This document shows, in pieces, positions 20,310 to 30,039 of a stretch of DNA of 49,581 nt. Source of the DNA: Thermoanaerobaculia bacterium (lineage in GTDB: Bacteria > Acidobacteriota > Thermoanaerobaculia > Multivoradales > UBA5704); NCBI GenBank assembly GCA_044226625.1, contig JBGAGQ010000050.1:1-49581 (forward strand), read 5' to 3'. The notes under the pieces were generated by a model. It was not told the DNA's origin. It saw only the letters and a program-made list of their open reading frames with translations, and ran no database searches. The translations under genes were made by a program, and so were the position numbers. Every line of letters starts with the position of its first letter. Positions within the stretch are counted from its first letter, which is position 1.

Positions 20310-23300
20310 TCAGCCCAGGATGATCCGCACCGCGTGCTCCCTGCCGTCGTCGGCGAGCGGGATCTCCTCGCCCTCGACCGGCGCGCCGTCGAGCTCGCGG
20401 GAGACGACGCCTTTCATCACCGCCCGCGGATTCTCGACCTGGACGAGGTATCGGGCGGTTCCGTGGCGGACCTCGACCGAGAAGCCGCGCCAGGCGCGCG
20501 GGATACAGGGATCGACGACGAGCCGGTCGCCGCGCTTTCGGACGCCGAGGATCCATTCGACGGCGGCGCGGTACATCCAGGCGGCCGAGCCGGTGTACCA
20601 GGTCCAGCCGCCGCGGCCGATGTGGGGTGGCTCGGCGTAGACGTCGGCCGCGACCACGTAGGGCTCCGTCTTGTAGCGATAGACCCCGGCGCGGGTCGAG
20701 GTGTGATGGATCGGGTTGATCAATGCGAACAGCTCGCCCGCGCGATCGCCGTCCCCGAGCATGGCGAACGCGATCACGGTCCAGATCGCGGCGTGCGTGT
20801 ACTGGCCGCCGTTTTCGCGCACGCCCGGCGGATAGTCCTGGATGTAACCGGGGTCGTGCCCGGCGCCCGTGCGGGTCTCGGGGTCGAATGGCGGGGCGAA
20901 CAGCCGGATCAGCCCGTTGCCCCGTTCGACCAGGAGCGCGTCGACCGCCATCATCGCGCGGTGGGCACGTCCCGGCTCGGCGGCGCCCGAGATCGCTCCC
21001 CACGACTGCGCGATCGAATCGATCCGGCACTCGGCGTCCCCGGCCGAGCCGAGCGGGGCGCCGTCGTCGTAGTAGGCGCGCCGATACCAGCCGCCGTCCC
21101 ATCCCGAGGTTTCGAGCGCGGCTCGCAAAGAGCTCGCGCGCGCCCGCCAGCTCTCCGCACGCGGGCCCTCGCCGCGCGCCTCGGCGATCGGAGCGAAGCC
21201 GTCGATCACCGCGAGCAGGAACCAGCCGAGCCAGATGCTCTCTCCCTTGCCTTCGAGGCCCACCTTGCTGAACCCGTCGTTCCAATCGCACGAGCCGATC
21301 CGCGGCAGGCCGTGGGGCCCGGCGACGAGCGAGCGGTCGATCGCCCGCGCGCAGTGCTCGTACAGGGAACCGACCTCGGCGGAGATCAGGGGCTGGCGGT
21401 AGTCCTCGTGCTGCCCTTCGGGGATCGCGGGCTGTTCGAGGAACGGCAGCGACTCGTCGAGCACGGCGCGGTCGGCGGTCGCCGCGACGTAATGGGCCGC
21501 GGCGAACGGAAGCCAGAGCAGGTCGTCCGAGCAGAGGGTGCGAATGCCGCGGCCGCTCGGCTCGTGCCACCAGTGCTGGACGTCCCCTTCGTGGAATTGG
21601 CGCGCGGCGGCGCGCAGGAGCTGGGCTCGGGCGAGCTCGGGCTTGGCCAGGACGAACGCCATCGAGTCCTGGAGTTGGTCGCGGAAGCCGAACGCACCGC
21701 TCGACTGGTAGAACGCCGTGCGTCCCCAGATGCGGCTGGAGAGCGCTTGGTAGAGGAGCCAGCGGTCGACCATCCGGTCGAACGCCGGGTCCGGCGTGCG
21801 CGCGACCAGCGCGCCGAGCACCTGGTCCCACGACGTTTCGACGTCGGCCAAGAGAGCGGAAACGTCCGCCCGGGTATAGCGGGCGAGCAGATCCAGCGCC
21901 CCCGCGCGATCCGCGCCCTGGCCGAGCAGGAAGGTCACCTCCGCGGTTCCACCTGGAAGCAGATCGACGCGCGAGGCGAGCGCGGCGCAGGGATCGAGGC
22001 CGGCGCCCGTCCGGCCCGACCAGACGGTGCGCGTGAGCAGACCGGCCGGCGCCTCGAGCGTGCCGTGGCGGCCGAGAAATTCGCGCCGGTCCGCGGTCGA
22101 GGCGATGCGGTGCCCCGACAGCCAAGCGAAGGCGACCCGTTCGGCGAAGTCGTCGGAGAGTCGGTTGTGGGCGAGCAGAGCCCCCGTCCGCTCGTCCCGT
22201 TCGGTGACCACGAACGGCCCGGAGGCGGGCCTCGCGTTGCCGAGCACCCATTCGACGTAGGCGGCGACCGAGAGTCGGCGACGCCGCGACGAGAGGTTCT
22301 CGAGCCGCAGTCGCGCGACGCGGACGGGATCGCTCGGCGCCACGAAGACCAGCAGCTCGAGCGCCACACCGTGCCCGTCGTAGGCGAAGCGGCTCCAGCC
22401 CTGGCCGTGGCGGCAGACGTAGGTTCCCTCCTCTTCGCGGATCGGCAGGGCGGTCGGGCTCCAGAGCACGCCGGTCTCGTCGTCTCGAACGTAGATCGCC
22501 TCGCCCGGCGGGTCGGCGATCGGGTCGTTCGACCAGGGAGAGAGCCGATTCTCGCGCGCGTTCTCCGACCAGGTGTAACCGGCGCCGGATTCCGAGATCT
22601 GGCAGCCGAAGCGGGGATTCGCGATCACGTTGATCCAGGGGAGCGGCGTCCGCTGCCCCGGCTTCTGGACGATCGCGTATTCGCGCCCGTCGCGGGCGAA
22701 CCCGCCGATGCCGTTCCATTCCGACAGCTCGCGTTCGGGCGGCGCCTCGAGCCTTCGCACCTCCGGCGGCGCGGGCTCTCGGACCGGTCCCGGCGGAGGC
22801 GGAACGCGTGCCGGCACGTGGCGCCGGAGCTGCTCGGACAGCGATCCCTCGCGCGCCGAGAGCACCACGCGGGCGACCGTCCGCAGCAGGTCGCGCTGGT
22901 CCGCGGGGACCTGATCGGCGCGCAGGACGAACACCGATCCGGCAGGCCCCGTCGATCCCGCGGCGCCGGACGCCGTACCCGTCCGCGCCGGCGGCTGGGC
23001 GCGGACCAGGCGCAGCAGCTCCTCCTGGAGCTCCGCCACGTAGTCGCTCGGTTGCTCGTTGAGGATCACGAGATCGGCCGCGAGCCCTTTGCCGCGCCAG
23101 AACTGGTGCGCGAGAAGCGTCTGGCGCACGATCTCTCGGTCGTCGATCCGGTCGATGCGCAGCAGCACGAGCGGCAGGTCGCCCGAGATGCCGTGCCCCC
23201 AGAGGGCGCGGATCGGCAGGCGGTTGCGCGCGAGCACGGCGGCCGGCGAGCGCAGCTCGGGGGTCGTGAAGGCGAGATCGCCCGCCAGACGCTGAAATAG

Positions 23301-26300
23301 ATGGGCCTCGTCCGGATGGAGCCCCGCGTGCCGCTGCTCGACCTGGGCGAGCGTCCAGGCGAGGCTCGCCGCGCGCTGGAACGAGCCGACCTCGGCGTAT
23401 TTTTCGGCCCAGCGGACGGCCTCATCGCGGCTCGCGGCGAGCCCGGTCGCGAACAGGGCGCGGACCCGGCCACCGGGCGGCACGATCAGAGTGCGCCGCA
23501 AGCTGAACACGGGATCGAGCACGAAGCCGGCCGTGCCCGAGAGCGGGCGCCCCTCGACGATCGCGAGCGGCCGCCGCAGGCTCGCCCCGCGGCCCAGGAA
23601 TCGTGCGCGGTCCGTCTCGTGCTCGGGCGGGCCGAACGTCTCGCCCTCGACGGCGAGGACGTGCATCGCCCAAGGGGCTGGATCCGTCGAAGCGCCCGAG
23701 GCCGACGTCGCGCGGCGGGTGGCCAGCAGGGCATGCGGCCAGCGGAGCGCCTCTGTCTTGACGAACAGCTTCGAGAACGCGGGATGGGCTTCGACGGCCC
23801 GGTCCGGCGCGAGCGCGATCTCGGCGAAGGAGGTGATCTCGATCGTCCGCGGCTCCTCGCCGTCGTTGCTGATCGTCAGGCGCCGCAGCTCCGCGCTCTC
23901 CTCGGTCGAGACGACCATCTCGAGCCGGCTCGCGATCGCCCCGTCGGTGCGTTGGATCTCGACCTTTTCGGCCGAGAAAAGGACGCGGTAGCGGTCCGGT
24001 TCGACCGCCGTCGGCTGGTAGCCGGCCGACCAGACCGCGCCCGAGCCCGCGTCGCGCAGGTAGAGGAACGACCCCGAGTCGTCGCGGGTCGCGTCCTCGC
24101 GAAAGCGGGTGACCGAGAGGCCGCGCGAGCGGCTCCAACCCGCCCCGGACGAGGTCATCAGGACGGCGTAGTCGAGGCCGGCGAGCAGGTGGGCGCGCGG
24201 CGTCTCGAAGTGCGGCGAATCGAGTCGTCGCGGGCCGGCGTGCGCCTCGGCGCGCACCCGCGAGGAACGCTTCTCCTCGGCCATCGGCCGCGCCACCACG
24301 ACGTCGCGCGGCGTCCGCTCCTGGAGCAGAAGCTCCGCCGCGCGGCCGAGCGGATGGCGATGGAAACGCGCTTTGAGCGCGCCCCCGGACAGCACGTCGG
24401 CGAGTGCCAGGAGCGTCATCCCCTGGTGGTGCGCCATGAACGAGCGGATCAGGGCGAACGGCTCGCCCTCCGGCACCCGGCGGCGGGTGAAGTCGAGCGC
24501 CTCATAGAAGCCGTACCGGCCGCGGACGCCGATCTTGTCGAAACGCTCGAAGTTGGCGAGCGCGGCGCGGGGCTCCACCAATGCCGCGAGCGCGGTGGCG
24601 TACGGCGCCACGACCAGCTCGCCGCGCGGCGGGCGCTTCAACGCGAGGCGCGGCACGCCGGTCGGGCCGTATTGGTAGTTGAGGTCGAGATCGCGCTCGT
24701 TCTTCGCGCTTTCGGAGATCCCCCAGGGAACCCCCTGCTCGGCGGCGTAGCGGATCTGCTCGCCGACCGCCAGGCGGGTGGTCGAGCCGAGCAGGCTGCG
24801 GATGGGCTCGAGCAGCACCAGACTGGGCATCAGGTATTCGAACATCGAGCCCGACCACGACAGGAGCGCCGAGCCGCGGCCGATCGGCGCGAGCGGTCGG
24901 CCGAGGTGGAACCAGTGGGTCGCCGGGACGTCCCCCTTCGCGATCGCGACCAGGCTCGCGAGGCGCGCTTCCGAGGCGAGCAGGTCGTAGCGCGAGCCGT
25001 CCATGCGCCGGTCGTCGACGAGATAGCCGATCGCGAGCAGTTGGCGCTCCGGGTCGAGCAGGAACTTGAAATCCATCGCCCGGGCGAACCGCTCGGCGCG
25101 CGCCGCCAGCTCGACGAAGCGCCCCCGGATGCGCTCCTCCTCGCCGGGCTCGTCGGCCCCGAGGAGATCGCGCTCCCGCGCGGCCGTGGCGGAGCGGACG
25201 GCCTCCGCCCACGCGAGAGCCTCGCCCGCCGACCCCTGCCGGGCCGGGGGCCTGGTTCGCGGCCGGGCCCCCGTAGGGCTCCCGGCGGGATTCGCGGCAC
25301 CGGACGCTCCCGGTCCGTCGGTCGACGGACCGAGCGCTTTCTGCCCCGCGGGGGCGAACGGTACGGACGCCGAGCCCTCCGAGGGGTTCAAGGCGGCGAG
25401 GACGTCGATCAAGACGTCGGCGCTCCGGCCCACCTCGAGGAGCGAAGAACGCTCGTCGGCGCCGTCCGCTTCGGAAGAACCTTCAGCGCTTTGGAGAGCC
25501 CGCGCGAGCGCGCCCAAACCCTCGCGCAGGTCGCGCGTTCCGACCCCGCCGCTCCGTCCCGCCGGAGGGATGCGGGCCACCGCCCCGCGGAGGAGCGCGA
25601 ACGTGTCGGCGAGGCCGCGCAGGGCGGCCTGCCGGCGCGCTTCCGACCGCGCGGAGGCGGAGGCGAGCTCCGTGCAAGCGGCCGACAGGGCGATCAGGTG
25701 GCCGCAGAGGTTGCCGCTGTCGACCGTCGAGACGTACCGCGCGGGGAGCGTTTCGAGCGTCCGCGTATCGAACCAGTTCAGCAGGTGGCCGTTGTAGCGC
25801 TCCAGGCGATCGATCGTCGAAAAGGTTGCCTCCAGCCGCTCGAGCAGCTCGAGCCGGCCGATCCAGCCGAAGTCGTACGCCGCGACCGCAGCGAGGAGGC
25901 CGAGCCCGACGTTCGTGGGGGAGGTGCGGTGGGCGACCTTTTCCTGCGGATCCTCCTGGACGTTGTCGGGCGGGAGGAAATTCTCCTCGGCCGACGCGAA
26001 GCGCTCGAAATAGGCCCAGCTCTGGCGCGCGAGGCGGCGTAGGTAGCCGACCTCGGACGGCGCGAGCGTCGGCCGGGCGACGACGTCCATCGGCCGGCTC
26101 AGGCGGCGGGCGAGGGCGGGCGCGAGCAGCCAAGCGAGGGCGAACGGCAGCGTCGCGGAAAGGGCGCTCGGCCGGACGATCGCGACCGCCGCGGGGACCA
26201 GCAGCGCCGCGGCCGGTGCGCCCCAGAGCCGGCGGTAGAAGTCGGAAAGATCGAGCGTCGCCGCCGCGCCGGCCTGCGCGGCGGTGACCCATTCGAGCAG

Positions 26301-29300
26301 GCGCCTCCGGACGCCGAGGCGCCAGATCGTGCGGAGGATCGAATCGATCCGCATCGCCGCCCGAGCGGGCATGAGGGCGAGCGCGACCGCCGCCTGGGTC
26401 GAGGCGGTCTCGATCTCGTCGAGCAGGGCGCCCAGATGGGTTCGCTTGGCGATCCCGCGCCGGCTCGGCAGCAGGGCGACGATGGTCGAGAGCAGGTTCG
26501 GCAGGGCGACCAACAGGGCGACCGCCAGACCCCAGAGCCAGGCGCCCCCGGGCGACCAGGGGACCGCGACCCAGCCGAAGGCGAGCAGGAAGAGGGCGGC
26601 CGGCGCCGCGAGCGAGCGGCGCAGGTTGTCGATCATCTTCCAGCGCGTGAGGGGAGAGAGCGGGTTGCTTCCGCGGCCCCCTCCGGCCGTCGGCACCTGG
26701 TCGCGCAGCCAGGGGAGCAGCTGCCAGTCGCCGCGCACCCAGCGCGATTGGCGCGCGGCGCCGGCCAGCAGGTGGGTGGGAAACTCGTCGAACAGGACGA
26801 CGTCGCTCAAGAGGCCGGCGCGCGCGAAGCCCCCTTCGAACAGGTCGTGCGACAGGAGGGCGTTTTCCGGCGCCCGCTCGGCGAGCGCGCGCTCGAACGC
26901 GTCGACGTCGTAGATCCCCTTGCCGACGAACGAGCCCTCGCCGAACAGATCCTGGTAGACGTCCGACACCGCCGCCACATAGGGGTCGACGCCGGTAGGG
27001 CCCGAGAAGCTCTTCTGGTAGAGCGAATCCTCGCCGTACACCGGCAGCAGCGAGACCACGCGCGGCTGGAGGATGCCGTACCCGGAGGCCACACGGCCGG
27101 TCGCCGGATCGAAGGTCGCGCGGTGGAGGGGGTGCGCCATCGCGCCGACCATCGAGCGGACGGCGCCCGCGGGCAGACGGGTGTCGGCGTCGAGCGTGAC
27201 GACGTAGCGCACGCCGCGCGGCACCTCCGGCGGAGGGCCGCCGGGCCGCTCTTCGAATGTCGTGTCCGTCGCGCCGCGGAGCAGGCGGTTGAGCTCGTGG
27301 AGCTTGCCCCGTTTGCGCTCCCACCCCATGAAGCGCCCTTCGCTCGCGTTCCAGAGCCGGCGGCGATGGAGGAGGAAGAAACGCGGTCCGCCCGAAGGGG
27401 TCGGGCCGTAACGCTCGTTGAGCGCCGCGATGCCGGCGCGGGCCGCGGCGAGCAGGGCGTCGTCCTCGTCGCGCCGTTCGCGGTCGGCGTCGGGAAAATC
27501 GGCGAGCAGCGCGAACGTAACGTCGCCCTCGGCGTTCGCGAGATAGTGGACCTCCAGGCGCTCGATCTGCTCGGGGATCGACGACGCGTCGAACAGGGTG
27601 GGCACCACGACCATGGTGCGCTCGTCCTCGGTGGGTCCGGCCGGAAGGGCGAGCTTCGGCAGCCGGCGCGCCGGGGCGAGGGCGGCGACCCATCGGTTGA
27701 CCAGGGAGAAAGCCAGGTCGGAGACCGGCACCAGAGCGGCGAGGGCGAGCACGATGAGCGCCGCGGGCGCCCCGCCCGCCCCCTCGAGCAGGGCGAGCGC
27801 GGGCGCGAGGAGCACCGCCGTGGTGAGCGCCGCGGCGCCGAGGTAGCCGGGCAGGCCGGCCCGGATCGCCGGGCGATAGAGCCGTTCGCGTGTTCCGGGG
27901 CGGAAGCCGATCTCCCGCTCGAACGACCGCCGGCCGGCGCCCACCAGCGGATGGCCGACGTGGCGCGCGGCCGGGTCGGCGGTCGCGTCGCGGGTCGCAT
28001 CGCGGGTCGCCTCGCCGGTCGACGAGGAACTCGCCGAGGCGGTTCCAGCGGTTTTATCGGGAAACGCTGAAGCGGTTTTATCGGGAAGCGCCGGAGCGGT
28101 TTTATCGGGAAGCGCTGAAGCGGTTTTATTGGGAAGCGCCGGAGCGCTCCGGGCGCGCTCGACCGCGAGGCGGGCGACCTCGTGCTCCGACCGCCGCGCG
28201 CCGCGCGCGAGCTCTTCGATCGCGTGGCGGTAGAGATCGCGGCTCTCGAAGTCGAGCCGGGCGTAGATGCCGGCCGGATCGCCGCGCAATGCATCGTCGA
28301 CGAGCGAGGCGTCCTCGACGAATTGCGCCCAATCGTAGGCCGCGATCCGCCGCATGCTGTAGATCACGTTCGCGACGCTCACCTGAGTCGCGGCCTGGCG
28401 CTGGTGCTCCAGGCGGACGATCCCCTCCTCGGTCGTCCCGAGCTCGGCGAGCCGCGCCCTGAGCCGGCCGAGCGGCGAGGTGGGATCGCTCTCCTTCGGA
28501 CCGTCTTGCGGATCGCCGTTGGGGTCGTTCTTGGGGTCCTCGTCGGGCAGGCGCTCGAGGAGCTGAACGGCGTAGGCCAGGTCCGCGCTCTCGGGGCTCA
28601 AGTCGAGGCTTCGGGCGTCGGGCTCCGTCGGTCCCGGCCGTCGCCCGGACGAGCCCACGCGACCCTCGGCCGACTCCGCGGCGAAACCGAGCGCGGCGTC
28701 CGCCACCCGATCGGCCCGCTCGCGCGCGGCGAGCCGGTCGACGACGCCGTCGGCCAGCCGGCGGAGGTTCTCGATCAGGGCGATCCGCAGGTGGATGCCG
28801 ATCGCCCACAGCTCGCCGATCGCGAGCGGGGCGCTCCGCTGGTAGCCGCGGACGAAAGCTAGGAGGAGATCCGGGTCGAAGCGGCTGTCGGTGTGCGCGA
28901 CGAACGTCCAGGCGAGCGCGTAGACGCGCGGCAGGCCGTCCCACGGCGGCGACTCGAGCTTCGGCAGCTCGCGATAGAAGCGCGGGGAGAGGTCCTGGCG
29001 GACCTGACGCTCCTGCTCGAGGACCAGGTAGAAGTTGTCGACCAGCCAGGCGGCGCCGAAGGTGATCGCGCGCCGCTCCTCGACCGCCTGCTCGAGCGTC
29101 GCCCGCGCCGCGCGCAAGGCGGCGCGGTTCTCCTTGAGGCGGGCGAGCAGCGGCCGGCCGCGGCGGACGCCGGCGCCGGCATCGCGGGCGCCCAGCTCTT
29201 CGCCCCGCTGCTCCAGCGCTTCGGCGCCGAGTACCTCGGCGCGAATCGGTTCGGAGAGTCGTTTGAGCCCGGGAGCGCCCGCGGACGAAGAAGCGGGTGT

Positions 29301-29327
29301 GGGAATGAGTGAAGGTAAAATCGTCAT
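20310..29327 (-). CDS. cgs: Cyclic beta-1,2-glucan synthetase (Cgs/ChvB/NdvB-type) with C-terminal GH94 phosphorylase region
   Basis: 3005 aa; GWERKRGKL, TLDADT, GKGIYDV, SHDLFEG, RWVRGDWQ, PPDNVQE, RTSPTNVG, YDLLASEARL, SWSGSMFEYLMP, WGISES, MAHHQGM, and GH94 motifs QSSGAFGFRDQLQD, DWNDG, RENGGQYTHA, GWTWYTGSA. Confidence 0.93.
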   Translation of the reverse strand: MTILPSLIPTPASSSAGAPGLKRLSEPIRAEVLGAEALEQRGEELGARDAGAGVRRGRPLLARLKENRAALRAARATLEQAVEERRAITFGAAWLVDNFYLVLEQERQVRQDLSPRFYRELPKLESPPWDGLPRVYALAWTFVAHTDSRFDPDLLLAFVRGYQRSAPLAIGELWAIGIHLRIALIENLRRLADGVVDRLAARERADRVADAALGFAAESAEGRVGSSGRRPGPTEPDARSLDLSPESADLAYAVQLLERLPDEDPKNDPNGDPQDGPKESDPTSPLGRLRARLAELGTTEEGIVRLEHQRQAATQVSVANVIYSMRRIAAYDWAQFVEDASLVDDALRGDPAGIYARLDFESRDLYRHAIEELARGARRSEHEVARLAVERARSAPALPNKTASALPDKTAPALPDKTASAFPDKTAGTASASSSSTGEATRDATRDATADPAARHVGHPLVGAGRRSFEREIGFRPGTRERLYRPAIRAGLPGYLGAAALTTAVLLAPALALLEGAGGAPAALIVLALAALVPVSDLAFSLVNRWVAALAPARRLPKLALPAGPTEDERTMVVVPTLFDASSIPEQIERLEVHYLANAEGDVTFALLADFPDADRERRDEDDALLAAARAGIAALNERYGPTPSGGPRFFLLHRRRLWNASEGRFMGWERKRGKLHELNRLLRGATDTTFEERPGGPPPEVPRGVRYVVTLDADTRLPAGAVRSMVGAMAHPLHRATFDPATGRVASGYGILQPRVVSLLPVYGEDSLYQKSFSGPTGVDPYVAAVSDVYQDLFGEGSFVGKGIYDVDAFERALAERAPENALLSHDLFEGGFARAGLLSDVVLFDEFPTHLLAGAARQSRWVRGDWQLLPWLRDQVPTAGGGRGSNPLSPLTRWKMIDNLRRSLAAPAALFLLAFGWVAVPWSPGGAWLWGLAVALLVALPNLLSTIVALLPSRRGIAKRTHLGALLDEIETASTQAAVALALMPARAAMRIDSILRTIWRLGVRRRLLEWVTAAQAGAAATLDLSDFYRRLWGAPAAALLVPAAVAIVRPSALSATLPFALAWLLAPALARRLSRPMDVVARPTLAPSEVGYLRRLARQSWAYFERFASAEENFLPPDNVQEDPQEKVAHRTSPTNVGLGLLAAVAAYDFGWIGRLELLERLEATFSTIDRLERYNGHLLNWFDTRTLETLPARYVSTVDSGNLCGHLIALSAACTELASASARSEARRQAALRGLADTFALLRGAVARIPPAGRSGGVGTRDLREGLGALARALQSAEGSSEADGADERSSLLEVGRSADVLIDVLAALNPSEGSASVPFAPAGQKALGPSTDGPGASGAANPAGSPTGARPRTRPPARQGSAGEALAWAEAVRSATAARERDLLGADEPGEEERIRGRFVELAARAERFARAMDFKFLLDPERQLLAIGYLVDDRRMDGSRYDLLASEARLASLVAIAKGDVPATHWFHLGRPLAPIGRGSALLSWSGSMFEYLMPSLVLLEPIRSLLGSTTRLAVGEQIRYAAEQGVPWGISESAKNERDLDLNYQYGPTGVPRLALKRPPRGELVVAPYATALAALVEPRAALANFERFDKIGVRGRYGFYEALDFTRRRVPEGEPFALIRSFMAHHQGMTLLALADVLSGGALKARFHRHPLGRAAELLLQERTPRDVVVARPMAEEKRSSRVRAEAHAGPRRLDSPHFETPRAHLLAGLDYAVLMTSSGAGWSRSRGLSVTRFREDATRDDSGSFLYLRDAGSGAVWSAGYQPTAVEPDRYRVLFSAEKVEIQRTDGAIASRLEMVVSTEESAELRRLTISNDGEEPRTIEITSFAEIALAPDRAVEAHPAFSKLFVKTEALRWPHALLATRRATSASGASTDPAPWAMHVLAVEGETFGPPEHETDRARFLGRGASLRRPLAIVEGRPLSGTAGFVLDPVFSLRRTLIVPPGGRVRALFATGLAASRDEAVRWAEKYAEVGSFQRAASLAWTLAQVEQRHAGLHPDEAHLFQRLAGDLAFTTPELRSPAAVLARNRLPIRALWGHGISGDLPLVLLRIDRIDDREIVRQTLLAHQFWRGKGLAADLVILNEQPSDYVAELQEELLRLVRAQPPARTGTASGAAGSTGPAGSVFVLRADQVPADQRDLLRTVARVVLSAREGSLSEQLRRHVPARVPPPPGPVREPAPPEVRRLEAPPERELSEWNGIGGFARDGREYAIVQKPGQRTPLPWINVIANPRFGCQISESGAGYTWSENARENRLSPWSNDPIADPPGEAIYVRDDETGVLWSPTALPIREEEGTYVCRHGQGWSRFAYDGHGVALELLVFVAPSDPVRVARLRLENLSSRRRRLSVAAYVEWVLGNARPASGPFVVTERDERTGALLAHNRLSDDFAERVAFAWLSGHRIASTADRREFLGRHGTLEAPAGLLTRTVWSGRTGAGLDPCAALASRVDLLPGGTAEVTFLLGQGADRAGALDLLARYTRADVSALLADVETSWDQVLGALVARTPDPAFDRMVDRWLLYQALSSRIWGRTAFYQSSGAFGFRDQLQDSMAFVLAKPELARAQLLRAAARQFHEGDVQHWWHEPSGRGIRTLCSDDLLWLPFAAAHYVAATADRAVLDESLPFLEQPAIPEGQHEDYRQPLISAEVGSLYEHCARAIDRSLVAGPHGLPRIGSCDWNDGFSKVGLEGKGESIWLGWFLLAVIDGFAPIAEARGEGPRAESWRARASSLRAALETSGWDGGWYRRAYYDDGAPLGSAGDAECRIDSIAQSWGAISGAAEPGRAHRAMMAVDALLVERGNGLIRLFAPPFDPETRTGAGHDPGYIQDYPPGVRENGGQYTHAAIWTVIAFAMLGDGDRAGELFALINPIHHTSTRAGVYRYKTEPYVVAADVYAEPPHIGRGGWTWYTGSAAWMYRAAVEWILGVRKRGDRLVVDPCIPRAWRGFSVEVRHGTARYLVQVENPRAVMKGVVSRELDGAPVEGEEIPLADDGREHAVRIILG
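28047..28146. repeat. Coding 24-bp tandem repeat (4 copies) inside cgs
   Basis: AGCGGTTTTATCGGGAA(A/G)CGC(TGA/CGG) x4, encoding ALP(N/D)KTA(S/P) units. Confidence 0.9.
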
Positions 29328-29562
29328 CGTGGTGAGGCGGGGGACGGGCCCGGCCCACGGCGGCTTTGTATACCATCTTTAGCCCCTCTGAATCCCGGCG
29401 ATCCTCCGCTTCCTTCTTCCTGCCGATCGGTACCTAGGAAAACTCCGTGGTGAAAAAGTGTCTGTGCCGAGCGAGCGGCGTTTGAAAAAACGTTGACGGC
29501 CGAGCTCCGCCCGGTGGACCGGACCGGGCGGTCGCTGGCGCGCCGATCACGCCGGCCTCGTC

Positions 29563-29578
29563 TGGCCTCGATCGTGCA
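29563..29578 (+). promoter_or_regulatory. Sigma54 promoter candidate for the chemosensory operon
   Basis: TGGCCTCGATCGTGCA has GG-N10-GC spacing, lies about 53 bp upstream of the REC gene ATG, and has A-tract-rich sequence about 70-130 bp further upstream. Confidence 0.55.
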
Positions 29579-29631
29579 AACCGGAAGGCGGATCTCGTCG
29601 AAAGGTGCGATCGAACCAGGCTGGAGGAGTC

Positions 29632-30039
29632 ATGCAGAAGCGGAAGGTGTTGTTGGTCGACGACTCGATGACCACGTTGTTCATGGAGGAGATGATCCTG
29701 AACGGCCGGTACCAAGTGGTCAAAGCGACCAACGGCGAAGATGCGATCGAGAAGGCTCGAGCCGAGCGTCCCGACCTGATCCTGCTCGACGTGATCATGC
29801 CGAAGATGGACGGGTTCGCGGTCTGCCGGGCCCTGCGCGCCGAAGAGGCGACCCGGTCGACGCCGATCATCATGGTGACCACCCGGGGCGAGGAGGAGAA
29901 CGTCGAGCGCGGTTTCGAAGCCGGCTGCAACGACTACGTGACCAAGCCGATCAACGGCATGGAGCTGCTCTCCAAGGTCGACAACCATCTCGGGGCTGCC
30001 GGCGCGCCGATCGCTTCGTCCGGGATCCAGACGGTATGA
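29632..30039 (+). CDS. Single-domain response regulator (CheY-like receiver)
   Basis: GGAGGAG RBS; VLLVDDS, LILLDVIMPKMDG, IIMVTT and YVTKP motifs. Confidence 0.92.
   Translation: MQKRKVLLVDDSMTTLFMEEMILNGRYQVVKATNGEDAIEKARAERPDLILLDVIMPKMDGFAVCRALRAEEATRSTPIIMVTTRGEEENVERGFEAGCNDYVTKPINGMELLSKVDNHLGAAGAPIASSGIQTV

Noticed and set aside
19887-28862. Very long plus-strand ORFs opposite cgs (e.g. 19887-23300, 23301-26042) and similar shadow ORFs elsewhere
   Set aside because: These are antisense or alternative-frame artefacts of high-GC codon bias: Arg/Gly/Ala-rich, without motifs, and fully overlapping well-supported genes.
29575-29620. Possible c-di-GMP-I riboswitch (GCAAACC...GAAA) upstream of the che operon
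   Set aside because: The P1/P2 architecture and the second GCAAAG motif are not present; the GCAAA is better explained as the -12 element of the sigma54 candidate.
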